This document shows, in pieces, positions 29,743 through 38,793 of a stretch of DNA of 64,000 nt (position 1 is the first letter of the stretch; each line of letters begins with the position of its first letter). This stretch comes from Terriglobia bacterium. GTDB taxonomy: Bacteria > Acidobacteriota > UBA6911. Made by a program: the position numbers and the translations under genes. The stretch covers positions 147,329-211,328 of the forward strand of contig CAWGRQ010000031.1 in assembly GCA_963824985.1 (NCBI GenBank), given 5' to 3'. The notes under the pieces were generated by a model. That model had not been told where the DNA came from and did not search any database. It saw only the letters and a program-made list of their open reading frames with translations.

Positions 29743-31620
29743 TTGGCCGAGAAAAAGAAGATTCACTGGCCACAGGCGTGGGCTGAGGCGCGCCGGCTGA
29801 TCCTGCAGCATCGGGCGCGGCTGGCACTCGGGTTGATCCTCATGCTCATCAGCCGCCTGGCCGGCCTGGTCCTGCCGGCCTGTTCGAAGTTTCTGGTCGA
29901 CGATGTCATCGGCAAGCAGCGCCATGAACTGCTCCCGCTGTTGGCTCTGGCCGTGGGCGTCGCCAGCCTGGTCAGCGCCGCCACCGCGTTTGCCCTGTCT
30001 CAAGTTCTCGGGGTCACGGCTCAACATGCGATCACCGACATGAGGCGGAGCGTCGAGGCGCACATTACCCGGCTTCCCGTGCAATACTTCGATTCAACCC
30101 AGACCGGCGTGCTCATCTCGCGCATCATGAACGATGCCGAAGGCATCCGCAACCTGGTGGGCACAGGGCTGGTGCAGCTGACCGGGTCCCTGGTCACCGC
30201 AATCCTGGCGCTGGGAGTGCTGTTTTACTTGAGCTGGGAGATGACGCTGCTGACGATGTCCGTGCTTTTGTGCTTCGGCGGCATTCTCGTGGTCGCTTTC
30301 CGAAGGCTGCGGCCGCTGTTTCGCGAGCGGGGCAAAATCACCGCCGAAGTCACGGGCCGTCTGGGGGAATCACTGGGCGGCATCCGCATCGTCAAGGCCT
30401 ATACGGCGGAGAAGCGCGAGCAGATTGTGTTTGCGCACGGCGTCCATCGTCTCTTGCGCAACATCGCCCGGTCGATCACCGGGGTCTCCGTGACCGAGAG
30501 TCTTTCCGGAATCATCATCGGCGCGATCGGCGTCATCATGATGCTTATGGGGGGACGGGCCATCCTGTCCGGCAACATGACGCTCGGCGACATGACCATG
30601 TACGCTCTGTTCACCGGGCTGATGGCCATGCCGTTGATCCAGATCGCTTCGATCGGGACCCAGATCACCGAAGCATTTGCCGGCCTCGATCGGATCAGCG
30701 AAATCAAAAAGATGGCCACGGAGGACGACCGTGACCGGTCGCGCCAGCCACTGCCCGATGTGCAGGGACACATCGCCTTCGAGAACGTGAGCTTCGAATA
30801 CGACGCGGGAGTGCCGGTGCTCCGCAACATATCCTTCCGGGCGCCCGCCGGCTCCACCACGGCCCTGGTCGGATCGAGCGGTTCGGGGAAAAGCACGCTC
30901 ATCGGCCTGGTAATGGCCTTCCATCGCCCGCTGACGGGCCGTGTGACTATTGACGGCACCGATGTCGAAGCAGTGCGGCTGCACGATTTTCGCGCGCACC
31001 TCGGCGTAGTCATGCAGGAGAATTTCCTTTTCGACGGCACCATCGCCGACAACATCCGCTTTTCCCGGCCCGGCGCCACGCGCGAAGAGATCCGCGAGGC
31101 CGGCCGGGTCGCCCACTGCGAAGAGTTCATCGAGGGTTTCGAGAAGAAGTATGAGACGGTCGTGGGTGAGCGCGGCATCAAGCTGTCCGGCGGCCAGCGC
31201 CAACGGATCGGCATCGCGCGTGCGATCCTGGCCAACCCGCGGATCCTTATTCTCGACGAAGCGACCTCGAGCCTCGACAGCGAGAGTGAGGCGATGATCC
31301 AGGATGGACTGCGCCGCCTGCGTCGCGGCCGCACCACGTTTGTCATTGCCCACCGGCTGTCCACGATCCGCAGCGCCGATCAGATCCTGGTGATTGAGGG
31401 GGGCGAAATCGTCGAGCGCGGAACCCACGCGGAGCTGCTGGCGGCCAACGGCCGCTACCGCCATCTCTACGAGAAACAATACCGATTCGAATCCGACAAG
31501 TTCATCAATCCCGGTGAAGATTTTACTCCGGATCCCCCGAAGCTCGAGCCCGGCCGGCCCTCCGACCCTGGCATGCCCCTCCCCTTAGGTTCCGGAGGTT
31601 CCGGGGTCGGACCACGATAA
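29743..31620 (+). CDS. ABC exporter, fused permease/ATPase (MsbA-like type B)
   Basis: Six-TM N-terminal half. Walker A GSSGSGKST, signature LSGGQRQRIGIARA, Walker B ILILDEATS. Starts 15 bp after the peptidase gene. Confidence 0.9.
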   Translation: MAEKKKIHWPQAWAEARRLILQHRARLALGLILMLISRLAGLVLPACSKFLVDDVIGKQRHELLPLLALAVGVASLVSAATAFALSQVLGVTAQHAITDMRRSVEAHITRLPVQYFDSTQTGVLISRIMNDAEGIRNLVGTGLVQLTGSLVTAILALGVLFYLSWEMTLLTMSVLLCFGGILVVAFRRLRPLFRERGKITAEVTGRLGESLGGIRIVKAYTAEKREQIVFAHGVHRLLRNIARSITGVSVTESLSGIIIGAIGVIMMLMGGRAILSGNMTLGDMTMYALFTGLMAMPLIQIASIGTQITEAFAGLDRISEIKKMATEDDRDRSRQPLPDVQGHIAFENVSFEYDAGVPVLRNISFRAPAGSTTALVGSSGSGKSTLIGLVMAFHRPLTGRVTIDGTDVEAVRLHDFRAHLGVVMQENFLFDGTIADNIRFSRPGATREEIREAGRVAHCEEFIEGFEKKYETVVGERGIKLSGGQRQRIGIARAILANPRILILDEATSSLDSESEAMIQDGLRRLRRGRTTFVIAHRLSTIRSADQILVIEGGEIVERGTHAELLAANGRYRHLYEKQYRFESDKFINPGEDFTPDPPKLEPGRPSDPGMPLPLGSGGSGVGPR

Positions 31621-31755
31621 GTATTTGGTCATATTGGACCCCACAGAACCCACAGGGAGTTTGTCCGGGATTGGAACGCCACCGTCCAGATTCGGACAGT
31701 GCTCCGCCGACCTCGTCTCCGGAAAAAAACAAATAGTTTTCAAACATTGACGAAT

Positions 31756-31827
31756 CTGGCCGCCGGCTATTTCCCGGCCCGGCGTGCAAGCCGGGTGGAT
31801 CCGGTGGTGGCTTTGCGAAACGAGTGA
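31756..31827 (+). pseudogene. Relic of the last ~23 codons of an FtsX/ADOP permease
   Basis: LAAGYFPARRASRVDPVVALRNE followed by a stop reproduces the conserved permease C-terminus. Nothing permease-like lies upstream. Confidence 0.5.
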
Positions 31828-31881
31828 GCCCGGGCGTCGCCGATTATCGGATCAATTCCTTCAGTCCGAACGGGCAGGCTC

Positions 31882-32379
31882 CTAGGATCCGGTCTCAACC
31901 CCCGGCTGGATGATGCGCATGCCGCAATGAGGGCAGTTGGCCCATTCCTGCTGAAGCGGCTTGCCGCACTGCGCACAGGTAGAGTGAATCGAAGCGCCGC
32001 AACCCGGACAGTAGGCAAACGCCTGCGGAACCTCGGTGCCACAGCGCCGGCAGGGCGTGGGCAGCGGATCCCTGAGGATGAAATAAAGGATCACGCCGAT
32101 AAAATAGGGGACCAGGGCCAGCCAGGCCCACATGACGTGCCGCATCCGCCGCCGCCTGGCATCGGCATAAATGAAGCCGATCAGCGCCGAATTGATCAGA
32201 ATGAAGAGAGGAACGAGTGCGACCAGAGCCACCTTCGCCAGCGACGGCCAGCTAGCCATCCCTGAATCCAGCCGCATGGGTCCGAGCACAATCGGGAGAA
32301 TCAGAATAACAGACAACAGAATTCCGGTAATCCAGGCGGCGCCTGGAATCATGCGCAGTCTTGCCCCAAAAGAACTCAT
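31882..32379 (-). CDS. Membrane protein with C-terminal double zinc-ribbon
   Basis: The ATG at 32379 overlaps the anti-sigma stop (ATGA). Four TM helices, then CRRCGTEVPQAFAYCPGCGASIHSTCAQCGKPLQQEWANCPHCG. Confidence 0.7.
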   Translation of the reverse strand: MSSFGARLRMIPGAAWITGILLSVILILPIVLGPMRLDSGMASWPSLAKVALVALVPLFILINSALIGFIYADARRRRMRHVMWAWLALVPYFIGVILYFILRDPLPTPCRRCGTEVPQAFAYCPGCGASIHSTCAQCGKPLQQEWANCPHCGMRIIQPGVETGS

Positions 32380-32849
32380 CGTACCCTCCCGATCATGTGT
32401 GCGTGCCTGCCCACCGCAATCGCGGAAATGCACGCAAGAACCAATCCCACGATTGAGTAGACCGCCAGGGCGGTTCCGATTCCGCCGCCCGGCAGATGCC
32501 AACCGGTGAACATCCAACGCGCCGCAGCGCGCACCACCGGCCACGTGGACAGGGTCATGAGCCAGCTGGCGGCGACGAGCAGTGCCATGACGCCCCAATG
32601 GTCGCTCCGTTCGCGTTGGCCGGCCATGGCAGCCCCGGCCATGGCGCAGACCTGCGCCACCATTTCCGCACGCGGCTGCGGTGTCGGCAAGCCGCGGAGC
32701 GCACTCCCAATAACAGTGAAATCCTCACTCACCCTACGGCAGGCCTCACACCCAGCGAGATGCGCGCGCACCTGGCGCATCTCTTCAGGCGAAACATCCC
32801 CCGATGCCGCCAGGGGCAGGAGTTCCCGAATGGTCGTATGTTCGCTCAT
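32376..32849 (-). CDS. Anti-sigma factor (zf-HC2 type), membrane-anchored
   Basis: HLAGCEACR (H-x3-C-x2-C) near the N-terminus, followed by TM helices. Start overlaps the sigma-factor stop (ATGA). Confidence 0.8.
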   Translation of the reverse strand: MSEHTTIRELLPLAASGDVSPEEMRQVRAHLAGCEACRRVSEDFTVIGSALRGLPTPQPRAEMVAQVCAMAGAAMAGQRERSDHWGVMALLVAASWLMTLSTWPVVRAAARWMFTGWHLPGGGIGTALAVYSIVGLVLACISAIAVGRHAHMIGRVR

Positions 32850-33460
32850 GATGCGGATCCCTCCGCTTGCAGGTGCCCAAAGGAGGCGCGCAGCCGCTCG
32901 AGCGCGCGTGAGAGCCTTGATTTCGCGGTTCCCAGGGGAACGGAAAGCAGCTCGGCAATCTCTTCGAGCTTCATATCTTCTTCAAAGCGCAAACTGAGAA
33001 TCTCCCGGTAGACCGGCGGTTGCGCCGCCAGGAGCTTCTGCACCAGTTCCGCCTTTTCGGAACGCAGCAGTTGCTCGAGCGCACCCGGCAGATTTGAAGG
33101 TGCATGGTCATAGGCCTGCGTCCCTTCGTCCAGTGGTTCTTCGAAACTGCCGGGCCGCCGGCGCCGCAGATGATCGATGGCTACATTCCGGGCAATGGCA
33201 AACAACCATGCGTCGAAGTTCCGCCCAGGATCAAAGCGGTGAATGTTCTGAACGACCCGCATCCAGGTCTGCTGGAACAGGTCTTCGGCGGTGGCCGGTT
33301 CGTAGGCCCAGCGCAACAGGTAGCGGTACAGGCGGTTCTGGTAGCGGGTGACCAGGGCGGCAAACGCGTCCCGATCCCCACGTTGCACCGCCAGGACGTT
33401 TCCGCCGGCCTCCGATGGTGCCACCCAGCCCTCCCATGAATAATGCGCAGCCTGTATCAT
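32846..33460 (-). CDS. ECF-type RNA polymerase sigma-70 family factor
   Basis: Region 2 (FAALVTRYQNRLYRYLLRW, DLFQQTWMRV) and region 4 (LSLRFEEDMKLEEIAELLSVPLGTAKSRLSRA). The ORF-track start at 33547 lies inside a repeat; the ATG at 33460 is preferred. Confidence 0.85.
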   Translation of the reverse strand: MIQAAHYSWEGWVAPSEAGGNVLAVQRGDRDAFAALVTRYQNRLYRYLLRWAYEPATAEDLFQQTWMRVVQNIHRFDPGRNFDAWLFAIARNVAIDHLRRRRPGSFEEPLDEGTQAYDHAPSNLPGALEQLLRSEKAELVQKLLAAQPPVYREILSLRFEEDMKLEEIAELLSVPLGTAKSRLSRALERLRASFGHLQAEGSAS

Positions 33461-33534
33461 ATCTGCTTCAGGTACGGGCACCGGCCGGGAAAAGATGCAA
33501 ATCCTGGGCGGATTCTGAAACTTTTTTAGGCTGG

Positions 33535-33613
33535 AAAAAGGGGACATTCTTAATTTCTGCGCAACTCGTCTCTAAACAAGAGTTTAGTAAGAAATTCGGA
33601 ATGTCCCCTTTTT
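33535..33613. repeat. GGGGACATTCC palindromic element, copy 1 (terminator-like)
   Basis: Arms AAAAAGGGGACATTCTTAATTTC / GAAATTCGGAATGTCCCCTTTTT around a loop of about 33 nt. Begins 10 bp downstream of the stop of the 33623-34057 gene. Confidence 0.75.
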
Positions 33614-33622
33614 GGCCGCGAT

Positions 33623-34057
33623 TCAGTCGGACTTCTCTTTTTTGGCCGTCCAGGTCATATCGCCCATCTCTTCCAGCGATGCGCTCCCCTTCATCGTCTG
33701 CCCATCGGCGGCCACTTCACCCACAAACGACATCGTAACGGATATCCCTTCCGCGGTCATGGCGACCGAGAACACGATGGCGCGCTCCTTGAGGCTCCCC
33801 TGGAGCGGGAATGTACCATAGCGGCCGGTGTACGTGCCGGTGATCTTGTCGCCGTCCTGCTTCAAATCGAGCGTCGGCGTCCCGGTCCCCATCGACATCT
33901 CGAGCGTCATATTCCATTTCCCCGCAACCGAGGGCGTGGCTTTGGCATCCTGCTTCTGTTGCGCCTGGCCCGGCTGCGGCTCTCCCGCCCAGCTCGACGG
34001 CACCGCCAGGCCACCCGCGATGGCCAGAATCGCCATTAGTCCCAGAAATCTCTTCAT
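33623..34057 (-). CDS. Secreted/lipoprotein-like beta-rich protein, function unknown
   Basis: Signal peptide MKRFLGLMAILAIAGGLAVPSSWA. 144 aa. Confidence 0.6.
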   Translation of the reverse strand: MKRFLGLMAILAIAGGLAVPSSWAGEPQPGQAQQKQDAKATPSVAGKWNMTLEMSMGTGTPTLDLKQDGDKITGTYTGRYGTFPLQGSLKERAIVFSVAMTAEGISVTMSFVGEVAADGQTMKGSASLEEMGDMTWTAKKEKSD

Positions 34058-34242
34058 GCAACCTCCTCAATAAATGTGACTGAGATATAATTGTAGCGCG
34101 CGCGGGAGCACCCAGACCAGACAGAATTAATCCCGAAGCGAGGCATGCGCGCTTCGCATGAGTTGCGGCCGCCGTTTCCCTGGAGGCCCGATTGTGATAC
34201 AAATCTGTCCCTGAAAGTCACAGTGGGACATTAGGGGGAATC

Positions 34243-34875
34243 ATGAGCGGTGAGGCGCCGGGTCGGCTTCGGGCCGGGGATTATCTGCAGGACCTGTGCC
34301 GGGCATGCAAGACGGTACGCGCACACACCGTCATCGTGGCGAATCCGGAAGGTCAGGCGCTACGGGTGATCTGCGATTATTGCGGCAGCCAACACAACTA
34401 TCGGGGCGGCGCTGCGCCGGAGAACTCTGCCCCGTCACCAACGGAAAAACCGGCCAGAGGACCCATCCCTCTGGTAACGGAGCGAGAGAGGAATTATCCA
34501 GTGACAAACATGTCAGCACCGGAAGGCGGCACAGTGGATGTTGAGCTGTTGCTGCGCCGGATCATCCGGGAAGAAATCGGACTTACCCCCGTACTCATGG
34601 CGGACAAATGGCGGGGCGGGGAAATGATTCTCAAGCCCGGGAAGGCCGACCTGCAGGAGAAGTCCTGGCCGATCGAAACCTTTTTCCACAAGGTAGTCAT
34701 GCTGAGGAATCGCCTGCGCGTGCTGGAGCAGCAGATCAATGGCGCCGAGATCTCCGAGGACCTGAAGATCAAGCTGCAGGCCTACATCACGGGCTGCTAC
34801 GGCTCCCTGACCAGCTTCAACATTCTCTTCGCAGAGGAAGAAGACCGGTTTCGAGGCAGTTCGGAAAGGGAATAG
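34243..34875 (+). CDS. Hypothetical protein with N-terminal CxxC...CxxC zinc-ribbon
   Basis: GGGGGA RBS. CRACKTVRAHTV...CDYCGSQHNY, followed by a helical C-terminal half. Confidence 0.55.
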   Translation: MSGEAPGRLRAGDYLQDLCRACKTVRAHTVIVANPEGQALRVICDYCGSQHNYRGGAAPENSAPSPTEKPARGPIPLVTERERNYPVTNMSAPEGGTVDVELLLRRIIREEIGLTPVLMADKWRGGEMILKPGKADLQEKSWPIETFFHKVVMLRNRLRVLEQQINGAEISEDLKIKLQAYITGCYGSLTSFNILFAEEEDRFRGSSERE

Positions 34876-34933
34876 TGCAGACAGGTAGTCCTCGTCGACC
34901 GGAGGTAACCCGTTCATCAACTCTGCGAGGTTG

Positions 34934-35234
34934 GTTAGGGCCGGTCAAGAAATAACGTTTACACTTTGGCGCGAGCACCGTCGCACCTGCGGTGCTCCTG
35001 GGGCTGGCAGATGCAAGGCGCCGCGACGCAGGCGATGTGGTGACATCGTCGAGGAGCGGCAACGCCGCAGATGCCCGCCCGCCGCCGCGCCCCTTCGGGC
35101 TGCGGCCCGCAGGCCCGCTGGCCGCGTTGCTCACTCCTTACATGCCACACCGGGTATGCTCGTCGCTCGCGCCTTGCCAGCGGGCCTGGGGGCCTGCAGC
35201 AAAGTGCAAACGTTATTTCTTGACAGGCCCTTAC
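34934..35234. mobile_element. ~300-bp MITE-like element bounded by ~33-bp inverted repeats
   Basis: TTAGGGCCGGTCAAGAAATAACGTTTACACTTTG at the left end. The reverse complement of the right end is TAAGGGCCTGTCAAGAAATAACGTTTGCACTTTG. GC-rich, partly self-complementary interior. No ORF with protein-like sequence. Confidence 0.65.
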
Positions 35235-35447
35235 TGTGAAACGAGGCGGTGCCGCCGGTCTGATCTCGCATACCGGCTCGCCTCCACGCTCCACAATAAA
35301 GGATTCGCCCCGATACCGGACGCGATTGATGATCTCCGAAAAATTTCTTGACGCCTCGGTGGCCGAGAGCTTCTTCCGGGAGCGATGTGCGCCGACAGCT
35401 TCTCTTACCCTGCCTCCAGCTTTGCGCTTCCTGCGTTCCATGACCAT
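35225..35447 (-). pseudogene. Phd/YefM-like antitoxin, 3' end interrupted by the MITE-like element
   Basis: KLSATEASRNFSEIINRVRYRGESFIVERGGEPVCEIRPA is antitoxin-like. The reading becomes nonsense exactly where the inverted repeat begins. No toxin gene follows. Confidence 0.45.
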
Positions 35448-35462
35448 ATCAGAATATCTGAT
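35448..35462. promoter_or_regulatory. Perfect palindrome abutting the antitoxin start (possible operator)
   Basis: ATCAGAATATCTGAT lies directly 5' of the start codon at 35447. Confidence 0.3.
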
Positions 35463-35719
35463 TTTCAGACAAATTCACCCGCAAGTTCCGCGCAGGAAAC
35501 GAATGAAATCGGGCTGATTCGCATTTGGGGCTGAGCGCATTCACCGCGAGTGGAACGCATCCGCCAACGGGTTCGACTTCTTCATCGATCCCGATCCTCA
35601 GAACGGCAATGGCGACGACTGCGCCAGAATCCGCTATCGTGCAGGATTGGTTTTGGTTATGATCGAAAACACTGATCCGCGAGAGAACGGGAATCGAGCC
35701 GCGGAATGCCGCTTCTCGC

Positions 35720-38620
35720 ATGCCCGTCTCAGCACCCGATCGATCACTTTTCCTTGCGGTGATGAGCAAACGAGAGGAGATGGATAACGCTATGGTTGAA
35801 TCCCTGAAGAGGACTCGATGGGCATGGGTTGCGCTGTGTCTGGTGATGGCCGTTCCACCACTGCGGGGGCAAGGCACGATCTCGCCACCGAAGTTCGGCC
35901 AATACACCGTGGGCGATGATTACTTCCTCGCAAACTATGCGCAATTGCAGGCCTACTGGGCCGCCGTCGCCAGATCGACCAACCGGATCAAGCTGGTCGA
36001 GATCGGCAAAACCGAGGAAGGCCGGCCGATGATCATGGCCATCATCACCTCGCCGGAAAACCACAAGAAACTCGACCGCTACAAGGAAATCTCCCGGTCG
36101 CTGGCGCGCGCCGAAGGGATCAGCGAGGAGCAGGCGCGGGCGATGGCCGCCGAGGGAAAGGCGATCGTCTGGGAAGACGGAGGCCTGCACGCCACCGAAA
36201 TCGTCAACTTCGAGACTCTGTTCTGGACGGCTTACCAGTTCGCGACGCAGAACGATCCTGAGACGATCCGCATTCTGAACGACACGGTTCTGTTGCTGAC
36301 GCCGGTAAATCCGGACGGGTGTGAGCTGGTCGCCAACTGGTATATGCGCGATCCTGATCCCAAGAAGCGCGACATGCGGATACCCAGGCTCTACAACAAG
36401 TACGTCGGCCACGACAACAACCGGGATTCGTTCATGGCCAACATCTCGGAGACCAGGGCGATCAACCGGCAACTCTACGTCGAGTGGATGCCGCAGATCG
36501 TCTACAACGCGCACCAGACCGGCCCCGAAGGCGCCATCCTGTTCACGCCGCCCTTCCGCGATCCGTTCAACTACAATTACGATCCGCTGGTGCCGATCGG
36601 GATCGACCAGATCAGCGCCGCCATCACGAGCAGGTTCCTGGCGGAAGGAAAAGCCGGCTCCGCTTCGCGCGGGGAGGCGTCCTACTCGACCTGGTCGAAC
36701 GGCATGGAGCGCAGCACCACGTATTTCCACAACCAGGTCGGCATCCTGACGGAAATCAGCGGCAACCCGACTCCCATCGAAATCGGCCTGGTGCTGGATC
36801 GCCAGCTCCCGCACGGTGACGTGCCGATGCCGATTCCGCCGCAGAAGGAGTGGCATTTCAGGCAGTCGATAGATTACATCCTCTCGGTTCAGCGCGCCAT
36901 CCTCGATCACGCCGCCCGCCAGAAGGACGAATGGTTGTACCGCATGTGGCGGATGGGCATGAACTCCATCGAAAAGGGAAACAAGGACACCTGGACGATC
37001 CAGCCCCGCTGGATCGAAGAAGCCAGGGCCGCAGCGGCCGGGGAAGCCGCGGCCGAGCGCGGCGGCTCCGGCGGAGGAGATGCGCCGCGGGTCGGTTCCG
37101 CGCAGGCCGTGCCGGCGAAGTACTACGACATGATGCGCACCCCGGAGCGCCGCGATCCGCGCGGCTATATTATTTCTTCGAACCAGGCGGACTTCATCAC
37201 CGCCACGAAGTTCGTCAACGCGCTGATCCGGTGCGGCATCGAAGTGCACCGGGCCACAGGCGCCTTCACCGTCGCCGACAGGAAATACCCGGCGGGTTCC
37301 TACGTACTCAAGGCGGCCCAGGCGTTCCGGCCGCACCTGCGCGATATGATGGAGCCGCAGGATCATCCGAACGATTTCGCTTACCCGGGCGGCCCGCCCA
37401 GGCCGCCGTACGACATGACGGGTTACACGCTCGCTTTCCAGATGGGCGTGCAGTTCGACCGCGTCATCGAGGGATTCGACGGTCCGTTTGAGAAGCTGCC
37501 GTTCGGAGCGGAGATCAAGGTCACGCCGGGGAAAGTAACGGCGCCGGCCAACGGATCCGTTGCCGGATACCTGCTCAGTCATGAGGTCAAAGACCAGTTC
37601 CGCGCAACCAACCGGCTGCTGGGCGCCAGGGAGGAAGTCTACTGGTTGAAGGCGCCGTACAATGACCAAGGCAGGACTTGGCCGGCCGGGACAATCTACA
37701 TCCCGGCAAAGCCGACGACCAGGCCGCTTCTGGAGAAACTCGCCTCCGAGACGGGACTCACCTTCAGCGGGACCGCAACCGCTCCGGGCGGCGAAGCGTT
37801 GCGGCTCAATCCGGTCCGCGTAGGCCTGTGGGACCAGTACGGAGGCAATATGCCGTCGGGCTGGGTCCGTTGGATGTTCGAGCGCCAGTTCGAATTCACC
37901 AGCTTCGAAGTCGTCTATCCGCCTCAGCTGGACGCCGGCAATCTCCGGTCGAAGTACGACGTGATCATCTTCATGGGCGGCATTCCCAGGGTCGACGGAC
38001 AGGCGGGCCGCGGTGGATCGAGTGGGCAGCCGGCCAATCTTCCTCCCGAATGGGCAGACAAAGTCGGCGCGGTGACAATCGCGAAGACCATCCCCGTATT
38101 GCGCCAGTTTGTCGAGGAGGGCGGCACCATCGTTGCGGTCTCGGACGCCGTCAATATCGCGTACCACTTCAAGCTGCCGCTCGCCGATCAGATGGTCGAG
38201 CGTACAGCGGCAGGATCCCTGCGGCCACTCCCCTCGGAGAAGTATTTCGTGCCCGGCTCCCTGGTCACCGCCTCGGTGAACAACACGAATCCGCTCGCCT
38301 ACGGAATGCCGGACCGGGTGGACGTCTTCTTTAATCGCAGTCCAGTGTTCAAGCTGCAGGACGATTCTGCCGCCAAAGGAGTGAACGTCGTGGCGTGGTA
38401 TCCGAACGACAAACCGGTGCACAGCGGATGGGGGTGGGGACAGGCTCTTCTGAAGGACGGAATCGCGGCCGCCGAAGTTCCGATGGGCAAAGGCAAGCTC
38501 TTCCTGCTCTGCCCGGAGGTCACCTTCCGGGGCGAGTCTCACGGGACATTCCCGTTCTTCTTCAACGCCATTTATTATGGACAGGCCCAATCAGTGACTC
38601 TCGGCAAAGTCGGCAACTGA
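35720..38620 (+). CDS. M14-family metallocarboxypeptidase-like protein, large secreted form
   Basis: HxxE present as GGLHATEIV. Also NPDGCELVANWY, VGHDNNRDSFM, YNAHQTGPEG. Signal segment WAWVALCLVMAVPPLRGQ. Alternative starts at 35762, 35780 and 35792. Confidence 0.8.
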   Translation: MPVSAPDRSLFLAVMSKREEMDNAMVESLKRTRWAWVALCLVMAVPPLRGQGTISPPKFGQYTVGDDYFLANYAQLQAYWAAVARSTNRIKLVEIGKTEEGRPMIMAIITSPENHKKLDRYKEISRSLARAEGISEEQARAMAAEGKAIVWEDGGLHATEIVNFETLFWTAYQFATQNDPETIRILNDTVLLLTPVNPDGCELVANWYMRDPDPKKRDMRIPRLYNKYVGHDNNRDSFMANISETRAINRQLYVEWMPQIVYNAHQTGPEGAILFTPPFRDPFNYNYDPLVPIGIDQISAAITSRFLAEGKAGSASRGEASYSTWSNGMERSTTYFHNQVGILTEISGNPTPIEIGLVLDRQLPHGDVPMPIPPQKEWHFRQSIDYILSVQRAILDHAARQKDEWLYRMWRMGMNSIEKGNKDTWTIQPRWIEEARAAAAGEAAAERGGSGGGDAPRVGSAQAVPAKYYDMMRTPERRDPRGYIISSNQADFITATKFVNALIRCGIEVHRATGAFTVADRKYPAGSYVLKAAQAFRPHLRDMMEPQDHPNDFAYPGGPPRPPYDMTGYTLAFQMGVQFDRVIEGFDGPFEKLPFGAEIKVTPGKVTAPANGSVAGYLLSHEVKDQFRATNRLLGAREEVYWLKAPYNDQGRTWPAGTIYIPAKPTTRPLLEKLASETGLTFSGTATAPGGEALRLNPVRVGLWDQYGGNMPSGWVRWMFERQFEFTSFEVVYPPQLDAGNLRSKYDVIIFMGGIPRVDGQAGRGGSSGQPANLPPEWADKVGAVTIAKTIPVLRQFVEEGGTIVAVSDAVNIAYHFKLPLADQMVERTAAGSLRPLPSEKYFVPGSLVTASVNNTNPLAYGMPDRVDVFFNRSPVFKLQDDSAAKGVNVVAWYPNDKPVHSGWGWGQALLKDGIAAAEVPMGKGKLFLLCPEVTFRGESHGTFPFFFNAIYYGQAQSVTLGKVGN

Positions 38621-38793
38621 TCCGGACCGGGTGTCAGATCTGGAATGCCGCAGGTAGATATCGGGCGGATGGGAAGGACGAACTGCGGCAGAAACCAGGC
38701 CGTCGGTGACCGGACTGTGGAGATGGATTCCGCAAGCCATGCGCGCGGGACGCGCGCGGCCCCAGGCCATTCATAGCTCCTCATGCGCCCGCG

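Noticed and set aside
34513-34920. A 135-aa minus-strand ORF, possibly the displaced C-terminus of the interrupted antitoxin (LAELMNGLPPVDEDYL).
   Set aside because: Most of it is antisense to the better-supported 34243-34875 gene. Only the first few residues could belong to an antitoxin tail, and the frame relationship across the inserted element could not be established.
35744-38590. A 948-aa ORF antisense to the M14 peptidase gene. Similar long shadow ORFs occur at 7278-8744, 15043-16380, 16585-18018, 24307-25890, 27884-29194, 30370-31479, 39128-40498, 44146-45462, 48059-49630 and 54128-55237.
   Set aside because: Their translations are Arg/Pro/Gly-rich with no motifs. Each lies opposite a gene with clear family signatures. 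Open antisense frames are expected in GC-rich DNA.
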